Shown here: positions 1 through 12,022 of the stretch, one piece after another
How positions within the stretch are numbered: the stretch's first letter is position 1
How the letters are laid out: each line of letters opens with the position of its first letter
Assembly: GCA_951406725.2 (NCBI GenBank)
Contig: OX597822.1
Location: forward strand, 103,354,001 to 103,418,000
Direction: 5' to 3'
DNA: 64,000 bases
Source of the DNA: Octopus vulgaris
Lineage: Eukaryota
Program-made: the position numbers and the translations under genes
Notes under the pieces: generated by a model
What the model was told of the DNA's origin: nothing
Seen by the model: the letters and a program-made list of their open reading frames with translations, nothing else
Database searches by the model: none

Positions 1-1012
1 GAAGTGCGGTTCGTCACCGAAGAAGAGGCAGTGAAGCACTCCACGAGAGTGTTAAGGTCGGTAGACTTAACACTGCCGACCTACATGGGAAGACGAAACG
101 CGAGAATAAGAATCAGAAGGATTCCACCAGAAATAAAAGGAGTGTTGTTGGTGGCTGCCATTATGTTTGCCACCCAGGAAGATGCAAAACTAATGCATGT
201 TGGAAGAACACAACATGTGAATTGATGGAGATATGACCTGGGAATCTTGCTCCAGGCCACACACTATGACCTCGAATAGTTGCCGTACGAGATTAGCATA
301 CCAGAGGAAAATACGCTAAGGGTAGTAGTATAGGGAAGGAGACCAACTGCCACCTATGTGGACGCAGAGGACACATAAAGATTCACTGCCCCGACTACAA
401 GCCACCCCAAACCTAGAGGAATGTGGCGGAGATCCAGGCTGAGAAGACAACGAAGCCCCAGACCGAAAACTCTATGGAGGAGCCGCTGAACGAAAAATCT
501 ACGACAGAAACAAGGAGCGTTGCTGAAGATACGAGGAAAAAGGAGATAAAAGGTACCCCAACTAAAGAGGAAGAGAAAACACCCACAGAAAATAAACACG
601 AAAACACCTATTCATGGACATATCACTCCCGTCCACAGAACTGAAAAACAAAAACATACCATTCAGTCCGGCCTAGCCGGACAGGTACTCAAAGATACAC
701 ATGCTCACAGACACACATAAGCAAGAAAACACACACACAACCAAACCACTTAGGCCCCCACAGAAAACCAAACAAACAGCATACACAACATTTTATAACA
801 AAAGCGTGAACATAGAGAACATGTTAACGAAATGGAAGAAAACAAGGGTAAAACCGCCTGCAGGGGATTTCCCCGTCAACAAAAAACGCGTCCTGTGGGA
901 CTTGGAAAAAATATATAAAGTTAAAGACTTTTGGGTTTGATGTGGACCTCATAGGGCAGGACGTGGGGGTTGATACCCTGTCTCTAGCCTCTGAATACAG
1001 AGGTGAAAGCAC
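1..1012 (+). mobile_element. Degraded non-LTR retroelement ORF1/gag-like remnant with zinc knuckle (runs off the window start)
   Basis: Reads EVRFVTEEEAVKH...PTYMGRRNARIRIRRIPPEI. A frameshifted CCHC knuckle (CHLCGRRGHIR-HCP) lies at ~348-392, followed by an E/K/T-rich linker. Contains stops and frameshifts. Homologous to the minus-strand element at 39230-41700. Confidence 0.6.
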
Positions 1013-1481
1013 TAAAAGTAAGCGACAGATATTTTAAAGTAAAACATTTTTAGATGAACTATGAAAAAAAAAAAAGATTTAAAAGTGCATTAAATGTAAC
1101 TGCTCGAGTAGCCATTGCATCCACACATCCATATAACACCACCTCATCAATTCATTCGCTTTATTTTTTTTCCCCGCTGCATGTTTTGTCTGTTCTTGTA
1201 CTATCCCATCTGTGTCGGGCCCCTAGTGGCTGATAAAGAAATAAAAGTACACAATTAAGAACAGTGTCGAGCGAAGATACAATGATGGACTACATGCTGT
1301 GGATAATATTAAAATTCCTGTTGAAGAGCATTCGATCTATACGCAAGGGAAGGATCTAAAGGAGAGCATTAGAATTTTTTTTTTCCTGGGAAAAATTGAA
1401 AACGAAAAAAAAAAAATTTCTGTGATAAAATTCTGTCAAAATAATAGTTCTATGTTGAAGAAAATGGAAATTGAAAAATTA

Positions 1482-1527
<46 letters not shown>

Positions 1528-1841
1528 TAATAATAATGATAATAATAATAATAATAATAATTCTGTGTAATTTTTTTTGGGTGGGTGTTATGTAGGACAC
1601 CTCCAAAGTGAGATGTAGCGGACAGACACGACCTCGGCGAAGACAGTGGTCTTTGACGAGAAGCCAAAAGGAAAACATATACATGTACCAATTTTTATTT
1701 TATTTTAAATAATTGGTGGATATTTTTAAATAGTTTAATTGTACTGCAGACTTTACACATTGACAGATAATTCAAACGTACAAAACTTGTATCACATGCA
1801 ATACACTATATTAAGAACAATCGTTTGAGTTCACTAGATGA

Positions 1842-2315
1842 TTAAGCGAAAATGTCAATAACTGCTTCGGTATCCAATTCATCTAAGAATTCCTTTTCAA
1901 CGGATAGCAACATGTACGCTTCCAAGTTCTCCTCAGACAGCGAACTTCTTAGCCTTGTCTTTATAATCTTTAACTTTGAAAGTATCCTCACACATTGAAC
2001 TTGGATAACTGATAGTGTGCAGATGAGTTTATAAAGTTCATAAACGTTCTCATATGCCTTGTAATGAAGCCTGATGGATGCCAGAAATATTTGTATACAC
2101 AATGGGCAAGTGCTATAAATTTTACAGTTGTTGCAACTGGAAGCCATATTCTCACCATAATTAAATAATAGTTTTAATACATCGAAATTTGAAGCAAAAG
2201 AAAACAATTCCAATCTTACTTGCTGATGCGGAAGCAACTTAATACCTTCCAATATTTCAACTTCAAGGCCCTTCTCTGCGATAGTTTTAAACTCTAACGA
2301 TAGCGTTCATCCTCA
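1842..2315 (-). mobile_element. hAT-family transposase remnant (C-terminal dimerisation domain)
   Basis: ORF 1842-2252 contains LICTLSVIQVQCVRILSKLKIIKTRLRSSLSEENLEAYMLLSVEKE, matching the hATC pattern (xER.FS.LK.IK..LRS.L....L..LM..). It is truncated upstream by a SINE. Confidence 0.75.
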
Positions 2316-2331
2316 TTTATATATATATATA

Positions 2332-2563
2332 TTTTCTCTTTACTACCCACAAGGGGCTAAACACAGAGAGGGCAAACAAGGACAGACAAAGGGATTAAGT
2401 CGATTACATCGGTCCCAGTGCGAAACTAGTACTTTATTTATCGAGCCCGAAAGGATGAAAGGCAAAGTCGACCTCGGCGGAATTTGAACTCAGAACGTAA
2501 CGGCAGACGAAATACGGCTACGCATTTCGCCTGGCGTGCTAACGTTTCTGCCAGCTCGCCGCC
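2332..2563 (-). mobile_element. tRNA-derived SINE, family A (GGCGGCGAGCTGGCAGAA head)
   Basis: Has an A-box-like head, a B-box GAGTTCAAATTCC and the central GCCTTTCATCCTTTCGG..CGATAAA core. Near-identical copies lie at 20497-20728, 22155-22385 and 55314-56279. Confidence 0.85.
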
Positions 2564-3025
2564 CCTGTGTACTCATGAATATAGTGCTGTGTATAAGTAA
2601 TCTTGGCTTTCGGACTAATAATAGACAAATCACGACATGCTACGTAAGTAAGCTATTAATTTACACATACCACAATGAATGCATGCCTAGCTCACTTGGC
2701 GATTTTCGCAAGTTGAATAACGAAGTATTTAGCTCTAAGTGTTTGTAGGTTTTCATTTTAAAATTTGGAAATAACTTATCGGAATTATTGTTAATGTTGA
2801 AACAAGACTACAGGAAGGTTTCTTAATATTAAATGTGGTCATATTGACTGAAATCGAGAGAAATATCTATCGAAGACAATCTCAATGTTAAATGATGTTC
2901 TACAACAATGAAAGACGATCACATAGAAATAGTGTATACGGTTGTCTGTGAAAATCGTCACCTGATTGATGCTCAAGATTTCGAAGAAGCATGCAGCTGT
3001 AAAAGTACGTGACGCATGATTCTTA

Positions 3026-3098
3026 TTCTAAATCATGTACATTACATTATATAGTCTATATAATGTAGTCTATATAACGTAATGTATATGATTTAGAA
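3026..3098. repeat. Imperfect palindrome / short inverted repeat
   Basis: TTCTAAATCATGTACATTACATTATATAG ... CTATATAACGTAATGTATATGATTTAGAA. Confidence 0.7.
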
Positions 3099-3325
3099 TA
3101 AAAATTGAAGGTATTAATTTTGATAATTTTTTAATATTTAGTCCTACTGTGGATAATGTCGTTCAATGATGATTGAGTTGCTCGAGGGTGATTATATATA
3201 TTAAACCTATCAATATATGTGTATATAATACATTTATATATATATATGTATATAATACAGTGAGTAATTCATTTTAGTACAACTAAATTGAACCTCTCTC
3301 CCCTGTGGACTCGGAAATAACTTCC

Positions 3326-3361
<36 letters not shown>

Positions 3362-3631
3362 CATGTATACACATAGGCACAACCACAGATAAACATATAG
3401 ATATACATATACCAGTATAAAAAAACTCATACATACGTTTAAGATTAAAATACCTTAATACATATACAATGATATATAATGATATAGAATGATACGCTTA
3501 CAAACAGATGATACAGAGAACATATAGAGATAGGTCTACAAGAGAATACATATAAATAGGAAGATATATATATACACAAATATACGTACATACACACGGA
3601 TACAAATAAATACAGATAATGTGATATTATT

Positions 3632-3682
<51 letters not shown>

Positions 3683-4279
3683 CGCATACACACATGCATG
3701 CATATACACATACATGTATATATATATATTCATCAAAATAAGCAACAAGAATGACTCCGGTAATTTGGTACGATCGTTTCGTACTACATCATTTGATTAA
3801 ATGTTGTAAGTATTGCGACAGTTTAAAAATGCTGAGCACTCATCAGCCAATTATAGAGGTTTTCCATTAATACAAAAATTATCATATCAAGCGGCAACGT
3901 TATAGAGAAGGTAGATATATAGACAAAGATGTGGATTTAAATTTTAAGAACATTTGAGGTAGCGGAGCCCATCAACTGACTGACTAAGATTCAGTTGTTC
4001 CAGACTACTGTAAGGTTCTGAGAGGGAAGAACAAATGAAAGGAGACAATAAAGATTTTCTATTTATAGAAATGGGGTAAAGGAGATGTCAGAATTCCATA
4101 TAAGGAATTAATGTAGAAAACATATGGATAACACCATACAGAATTCTGGTACATCTAAATTAAGTACAATATTCATTTGAATCTAAATTTTTGCTGAATA
4201 TATATATATATATATATATAATAGAAATATTACATTTCTAAATATTTCAGAGAGATTTATACAGTAGCAACACGATAAA

Positions 4280-4481
4280 GTGATGGTATGTTGCCAACTT
4301 AATGTGGCAGTCCCATGAAAGGGAAGTATACTGGATGGAGGTGCTTATCTCCCTATTTGAAAACATAAAAACACAGAAAATGTGGCATAACTAACTGGAA
4401 ACGGCGTTTCTTAGGGCTAAATAGCAGTAGCATTCTTCCCTTTCATAGTACTGCCACGTTAAGTTGGCAACATAGCATCAC

Positions 4482-4482
<1 letters not shown>
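4280..4482. repeat. Inverted repeat, ~55-bp arms
   Basis: GTGATGGTATGTTGCCAACTTAATGTGGCAGTCCCATGAAAGGGAAG pairs with CTTCCCTTTCATAGTACTGCCACGTTAAGTTGGCAACATAGCATCAC. Confidence 0.8.
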
Positions 4483-4531
<49 letters not shown>

Positions 4532-4629
4532 GGTCCCGGGTTGAGTCGGGGTTAACCACAGTAAATAAGGTACTCAATTATTGATGATTTCTTTTGAATG
4601 AAACAGTTCTAGTCCTGTAGAAGCTCCTT

Positions 4630-4677
<48 letters not shown>

Positions 4678-5099
4678 AATATATATACACATATCTCTAT
4701 ATATAATAAAAATATATTCTAACCTATACTCCGATATACCCTTATCCGTGTACCAGCAACAGATCTTGCTAGTACATACATGCAAGTAAATGGGTGATTG
4801 AATTCGAATATATACAAATCAAAATATACACATCTATATACACACGTACAAACAGATGTTTAAAAACATATAGACAAGCAAAATTTCATATATGCATGCA
4901 TATCAATATATAGAGAGACACAAGATACCCATTGGCTATATACATAAAAAGTCTTTCAGTTATCATAATTAAATAATATAATTAACGAAATTATGAAATA
5001 TTAAATCAAAAAAGTTACTGTGTTATATAGTTTGATAAAGGAGTATATAATGTGATGTTAAAAATTATCAAAAACATCATTAAGGATAATAATTAGTTA

Positions 5100-6216
5100 T
5101 TTTAGATGAGTGAAAAGGAATCTTGTCATGTGTTTACACGAAAAAAAAAAACGTTTTTACTAGGTTTCCATTTATTTTCATTATATTACAGCTTTCTTCA
5201 AGGTATAATCTACGAATTTTATTGTTAATCTTGTAAGAAGGTGCAGATTATAGAATTTTCCAATGAATTGAGAAATCAGCATTGTTTGTTTTAGGTACTA
5301 AATTTTATTTGAGAGTCCAGTACTGTTCATTTTTCTTTGGTCCCAAAGGTCGATTCGTCGTTACAAATTCGCGATTTGATTGAGTTTTGTGTATATCCGA
5401 TATAAAGATAATTAGAGGAATCCTGTGTTATAGTTGTTGCTTGGTATACAACATTTTTCCTTTTACAATCTCTGTCTAATTTACAAGTGTTCGGGTTTCT
5501 ACAGTTGCAATTTATATGTGTGGGTGATATGGTGCTATTTGTAGATTTTGTTGATTTATAAGTATTGCGGTTATTAAGAGAATTCATAATGTTAATTATG
5601 CCATTGTGTAGTTTATTATTCTTTTTGTATGTTCTAGGTTCAGTTTTTGTAGTTTTATTTTCATAGAATTGATCTAGTTCCATCTTATTAAATGAAGATA
5701 TTATCCTAAAAAGGTTGAGAGTAACTGAGAATCCAAATCTGATATGTTTATTATTAAATACTTTTGCGTATCTGGTGTTTAAACATTTCTTTTATATAAT
5801 CTTTCTGATAGATCTTATAAAGTTCGTCTTTAAATGCTTAGCAAAGGGAATTATTATCCAAATGGTTTTATCATTATCTACCATGGTCGAGCATTGATTT
5901 GTATTCAAAAAGTTATTTTTTCTCATACATGGTATTGGTTTCTTTTCTACTATGTTGTTATTATCATTATTAATTATATTATTATAGTTATTCTTCTCCT
6001 TATTGTTAGCTGTCTTACTCTGATTATCATGATTTTTTTTATTGTTATCTTTATGTTCCTATTAGTATCTTTAATTATATAGTTGGGGTTTACGCTTTCA
6101 GTATTTTGGGGGTCATGTATACTAGTGTCCTTAGAAACGTGGTAATTTCTATGAATTTTATTCTTGTTATGAATTTTATTTATGTTATAAGTGTTCATCA
6201 TGCTTAAGTTTATGTA

Positions 6217-6279
<63 letters not shown>

Positions 6280-6860
6280 GATTGTCCTGTCTACCATTAT
6301 TGTTATGGTTATGAAAAGTATTGGGAGTTTTCGTTATTTGTTTATGAGGGTGTACTGTTTCTTTATAAGTATTTAAGTAATATTCCATCCTAGAGTGCTC
6401 CAGTGTAGGGTAGACAAAAGGGGAGAAGAAAGTTAATAAGAATTATCTCCCCTACACTGGATCTCTCTAAGATGGAATATACGTTGTTCACTCAGTAGCC
6501 ATGATTAATTCGAGGCGAGTAAGGGGACTTACCAAAAAGATAAGTTAAATGTTCTTTTCCTTTTTCCTATTTTTTATGATTTTTTTCGTTTTTAGTTAAG
6601 ATGAATTATTTCGATGATTTCTAAATGTATAATTTTGATTATCATGTCTCTTTATAGGTTGTAAATAGTAAAATAGTTTTATATAATCCAGACCTGAAGA
6701 TTGGCAGCATAGTCGGATCGATAAAGTATTGAATTTCGAGACCTTCTACTTTAGCAATATCGATAGATTTATTGTCATGAAACGCGTGTAGTCTATCTAA
6801 TGTATATAAATCAGCTTAGTAATTGCAGCTATTAAGTTGACAATATTTAATCTTATATAT
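5100..6860 (-). mobile_element. Penelope-like element remnant encoding a GIY-YIG endonuclease; no RT visible
   Basis: ORF 5327-5683 has CNCRNPNTC..C..VVYQA...YLYIGYT...IKSRI (GIY-YIG motif). The upstream region reads IWIIIPFAKHLKTNF...KVFNN..IRFGFS, like the PLE RT-EN linker. An inverted repeat lies at 6381-6479 and a hammerhead motif at 6690-6794. Confidence 0.75.
6690..6794 (+). ncRNA. Minimal type-I hammerhead ribozyme-like motif (PLE type)
   Basis: AGAC-CUGAAGA-[long stem II: UGGCAG/UUGUCA, AUCGAUA/UAUCGAU, AAAGUA/UACUUU]-GAAAC-GCGU-GUA-GUCU. Stem I is AGAC/GUCU and stem III is minimal. Confidence 0.6.
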
Positions 6861-6911
6861 CTCTATCATAGGTAATGTCGTTCAATGTTGATTGAGTTGC
6901 TTGAAGGTGGT

Positions 6912-7125
<214 letters not shown>

Positions 7126-7147
7126 TATATATATATATATATATATA

Positions 7148-7542
7148 CTAGCAGTATCACCCGGCGTTGCTCGGGTTTGTAAGGGAAATAATTATATAAG
7201 CATTTTTAGAGATGTAAAGTATAATAGCCATCTCAATATGGCTAACCACAAAGGGGGAGGGGTGTTACTGTAGCTTTTTACGTTCTGAGATTTAATAATA
7301 AATTTTAGAGAGTTACTTCCCTTATATATGTCAAAAATGGATTAAAAATGGGAAAAATTGATGGTAAATTTTTTTTTAAATCGTAGACTCATCGTAGACG
7401 CGCGCTAATACCCAGACGGTCTCGATATGAATCACGACTATAAGATACCCGGTTTTGGTTAAACTGCACCGCAAAATGTGGGAGTAGTTAGGAATCTAAA
7501 TCGTAGGAGACAGACACACAACCTCACTTTTATATATAAAGA
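7148..7542 (-). mobile_element. Non-autonomous Helitron
   Basis: On the minus strand it starts 5' TC(TTTATATATAAAAGTG) and ends with the hairpin CCCGAGCAACGCCGGG followed by CTAG, inserted between A and T. Same family at 24179-24575 and 50938-51434. Confidence 0.85.
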
Positions 7543-7704
7543 TTTCCTCTATTTACATAATATTGAGGTCTCTTTCTTTCTTTTGTTATCTTACTGTTTT
7601 TACCAATATACATATATATATATATATAAATATATATATAGTTACAGAGATGTACTTGCATAGCAAGTGACTTGATCTGAGATCGTGTGCTGGAACGAAA
7701 ACAG

Positions 7705-7963
7705 TTGCAGCGTTGAAGGTGTTTATAAGCCATTTAAGAAACACCCAAAAACCGTTAGATTCACTTCAACATTTAAATTTAATTTGTCAAAATATTTTCA
7801 TCGCTTTGAGACCGCGACCTGTTAGCACGATATTTTTGTCAGTGAACAGGTCGCGGTCTCAAAGCGACGAAAATATTTTGGCAAATTAAATTTAAATGTT
7901 GAAGTGAATGTAACGGTTTTTGTGTGTTTCTTAAATGGCTTACAAACACCTTCCACGCTGCAA
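7705..7963. repeat. Long inverted repeat (~118-bp arms, ~21-bp spacer)
   Basis: TTGCAGCGTTGAAGGTGTTTATAAGCC...GAGACCGCGACCTGTT mirrors AACAGGTCGCGGTCTC...GGCTTACAAACACCTTCCACGCTGCAA. Confidence 0.9.
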
Positions 7964-8330
7964 TATATATATACACACATATATATATATATGTATGTAT
8001 GTATGTATGTGTGTATATGTGTATGCATGTATGTGTGTGTGTGTGCGTGTCTGTGCTTGTGATTGTCCTCCACCACTGCTTGACAACGAATGTTGGTTTG
8101 TTTACATCCCTGTCACCTAGTGGTTTGACAAAGGAAACAGATAGAATAAGTACAATGCTTACAAAAATAAAACTGGAGTTGATTCATTAAACTACAATTC
8201 TTCAAGGCATTGCCCCAGCATGGCCACAGACCAATGGCTGGAAAAAGCAGAAGAATAAAAGAATACATTCTCTGCTTTGGTCTTATGTTCAAGGCATGAG
8301 AAAGCTTGAGTTTACATGAGAAGGCCTAAC

Positions 8331-8810
8331 AGACCTGGTAGAAACAGCAGCCAAATCTCCCTCAAATCACACCTTACTGTCTTATGTATGTATATATATA
8401 TGAGCCAATGAGGGGGACCTCTACATGGTAGCTAGACCTGGTAGAAATAGCAGCCAAATTTCCCCCAAATCACACCTTACTGTCTTATCTATGTATATAT
8501 GTATGTATGAGCCTATGAGGGAGACCCCTACATGGCAGCTAGACCTGGTAGAAATAGCAGCCAAATTTCCCCCAAATCACACCTTACTGTCTTATCTATG
8601 TATATATGTATGTATGAGCCTATGAGGGAGACCCCTACATGGCAGCTAGACCTGGTAGAAATAGCAGCCAAATTTCCCCCAAATCACACCTTACTGTCTT
8701 ATCTATGTATATATGTATGTATGAGCCTATGAGGGAGACCCCTACATGGCAGCTAGACATGGTAGAAATAGCAGCCAAATCTCCCTCAAATCACACCTTA
8801 CTGTCTTATC
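8331..8810 (+). repeat. 107-bp tandem repeat, ~4.5 units
   Basis: AGACCTGGTAGAAATAGCAGCCAAATTTCCCCCAAATCACACCTTACTGTCTTA recurs every 107 bp (ORF starts at 8425, 8532, 8639, 8746). Confidence 0.95.
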
Positions 8811-9426
8811 TTTCTGCTACTTGGATATAGGTGTTATATTCGTCGTAAAAAAACTTTCCTGTCACACACTCACGCACACGCACACACACACACACACACA
8901 CACGCACCCTCACACACACACACACGCGCACACCCACACACACCCACTCACACACACGCACGTTAGCTTACAATTTTATTTATATATTTGCGTGTCTATG
9001 TGTTGAAAGAGGAAGTGGGAAGCAGAGTGAAAGAATCACTCACTACAGTAAGTCAATTACTTTCATTTTATTCGTTGCCCACTGTGTGTGTGCGTTTGCG
9101 TGTGCTGTAAACCAGACTAAGAAAAGCATTTGACACACACACCAGAATGTGAGTTTTCTGTAAATTTTGCTTAATTGGAGTTTAAATTTTAAAAACTGGA
9201 CCTGGCATGACGCGATGCATTGTACTCTTAAAAATGCAAGGTAAATTGTAATTGAAGAAATCCTATATTGTAGATTTGTATAACTCCCAAAGGGAGGCAG
9301 ATAAAATCTGCCTTTTATAATAAGATATATATATATATAAAATAGAGTGGGAAATTCGTTTTAGTACCACTAAATTGAATTTCTCTCCCCTGTGGATTCG
9401 GAAATAAATTCCTTAATATTAATAAT

Positions 9427-9494
<68 letters not shown>

Positions 9495-9800
9495 TATATA
9501 CATAATATACCATTATCTGTAAGTATCTATTTGTATCCGTGTGTGGGTGTGTGTATATATATGTGTGTGTGGGTGTGGGTGTATATATATATATATCTTT
9601 CTCTCTCTCTATATATAAATGTACTTGTAGACCTATGTCCATATGTTGTATGTATTGTCTGTTTGCATGCGCATCATTATATATTCCTGCATACCTGTAT
9701 ATGTATTAAGTTATTTTGATCTTACGCGTATGTATGAGTTTTATGTACTGCTACATGTGTATCTATAAGTTTATGTGTGGTTGTGCATATGTGTATACAA

Positions 9801-9860
<60 letters not shown>

Positions 9861-10763
9861 ATCCATATATGTATGTACGTATATGTATATATACATATAT
9901 TTTACGGTGTATATATGATATTAAATTCATTTTAGATTTAAAGCTTGTAAAAGTACGCATCTATGTATTCTTTGCCCGTAAGTAATATACTGTAGTTCCA
10001 ATTGTCAAAAGTGCATATTTATTTATATATACGCTCAGATCTAAAAAATGCACCTTCTGTCGGTGGATACTTTACACATACGTACAAAAGCATTCCAGTA
10101 TATTAATATACATAATAAACCACACATAAGTATTTGATTATGGTCTCCCCATATATATATACATATAATCCTTTTTATATAATTTTTAAATTAAATTTTT
10201 TATGTATAGATATTTTTAGAAACCTAGATTTATAACTATTTTTACAACTATTTTTGTTTTGTCTGTTTTTTTAAAAATTTCTTTTACTTTTTATTCAAAT
10301 GTTTATAATATATTTAAATAATTTTCAAATATAATTTATATATATATATATTTCTATAAGGTATATTTGTTTTTTTATAATATAATAATGTATGCTTATA
10401 CCTACATCGCCACTATAAATTCAGTCATGTGTATAAAAGATATTCAAGTACATATGTGTGCAAGGGCACAGGTTTTCAGTGTATAAGTGTGTCTCCCTGT
10501 TACTGTCGTCTAAAGGGTGCATATGTGCATTATCTAATGCTTTGGCGCCAGATTACCTTTTTGTCCATAATTGTCAGTGTATACGTTGTATATATGTATA
10601 TACACATGATTGTTGTTTTACTTGTACACAAATTGTGGTTATCCCATTCGTCACGTGGAAGGGGTGTATCATTATTACTAATTCCCTACAACACATACAT
10701 GCATACATGCATACATACATACATACATACATACATACATACATACATACATACATACATACA

Positions 10764-10794
<31 letters not shown>

Positions 10795-10804
10795 TAACAA
10801 GCAC

Positions 10805-11850
10805 CTAAAATGAAAACAACGCAGTAGAGGCTTAACGTCGATCCAAACTGCCTTTGAATTTCGTATCACATCCTTTCGGTAACATCTTTTGATCACCAAG
10901 TGTCGAAGTGCATCTCTTGATCAAGTTCGCACTCATGATATTGATAACATCAGAAGACTTGGAAGGCAGTTCCTTGAGTAGCATTCCTTGTCTGATAACT
11001 TAGACTACATGCCCAAAGAAGTCGCACGACTCTACCACAACGTATTATCAGATGAAGGGATGAGCGTATATGAGAAGACCGTGCATGGATATGTTACTAG
11101 AAAGCGCCGAGATGATAGTAACATCGATCATCAAAGTAGTCATGGACCAACAACCGGATTATTACCTCCCACTTTGAAGGGTATGCGTTTGCAATCCAGG
11201 TACAGGAAATATCAACCAAATATCTGATGCACAAAGGTGATGCAGGAAAAGCAATAAAATGTGACAAACGATGCAGACTTTGTGATGTTAACACCGAAGA
11301 TATCAACCATATCACAACACCGAAGATATCATCCACATCACAAGCATTTATCCGAAAATGTTATCACGGTATTATCTATCGATAAGACGTGATGTTATGT
11401 CTAGGACACTGTATAACGAGATCTGTCAAGCGAATAACTCCGAGGACAAAGAAATAAGAACCTACTGTATGGTGGAAGCCATAGCCACTCATAATAAAAA
11501 GAAGTATTGGTGAAATGTCCCAGTGAATACATCAATAAAATGTAAACATAATAGACCTGACATAATGATTTGGAATAGAGAAGACAAACTGTGTACAGTT
11601 GTGGAAAGCAGCTGCCTGACGGTTGTTAACATAAAGCTGAAGTTCAGTGTAAAAGAAAATACTACGTTGAGCTATTGAGAAATCTACAGTTATTCTAACC
11701 AGATTACAAGTTCAGGTTTATACCTGTATACCAATCTTCAGAAATTAGGCTTCTCAAAACCAGAAAGGAGAAAGATTAGTCGAGGACTACAGATCCAAGT
11801 CATCACAGGAACTGTAAAAAATCTGTAAAACTTACCAGAAGTTTAAACAT
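10805..11850 (+). mobile_element. Degraded 3' part of a non-LTR retrotransposon with restriction-like endonuclease (R2/R4/NeSL group)
   Basis: Contains CDKRCRLCDVNTEDINHI (CCHC), an R.D motif and CKHNRPDIMI (PD motif), with many stops. Same family at 30660-31215 and, inverted, at 49065-49345. Confidence 0.75.
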
Positions 11851-11954
11851 TTAAATATATATAAGCTGAATAATGATATACATACATGCACAAATACTTA
11901 CAGACATACACACACACACACACAGACACACACACAGACACAGACACAGACACA

Positions 11955-11993
<39 letters not shown>

Positions 11994-12022
11994 ACACACA
12001 CGTACACACATATGTGTATAAA

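Noticed and set aside
8331-8810. CRISPR-like periodicity (also 50228-50506 and 55314-56279)
   Set aside because: The units are contiguous with no unique spacers, there are no cas genes, and the context is eukaryotic.
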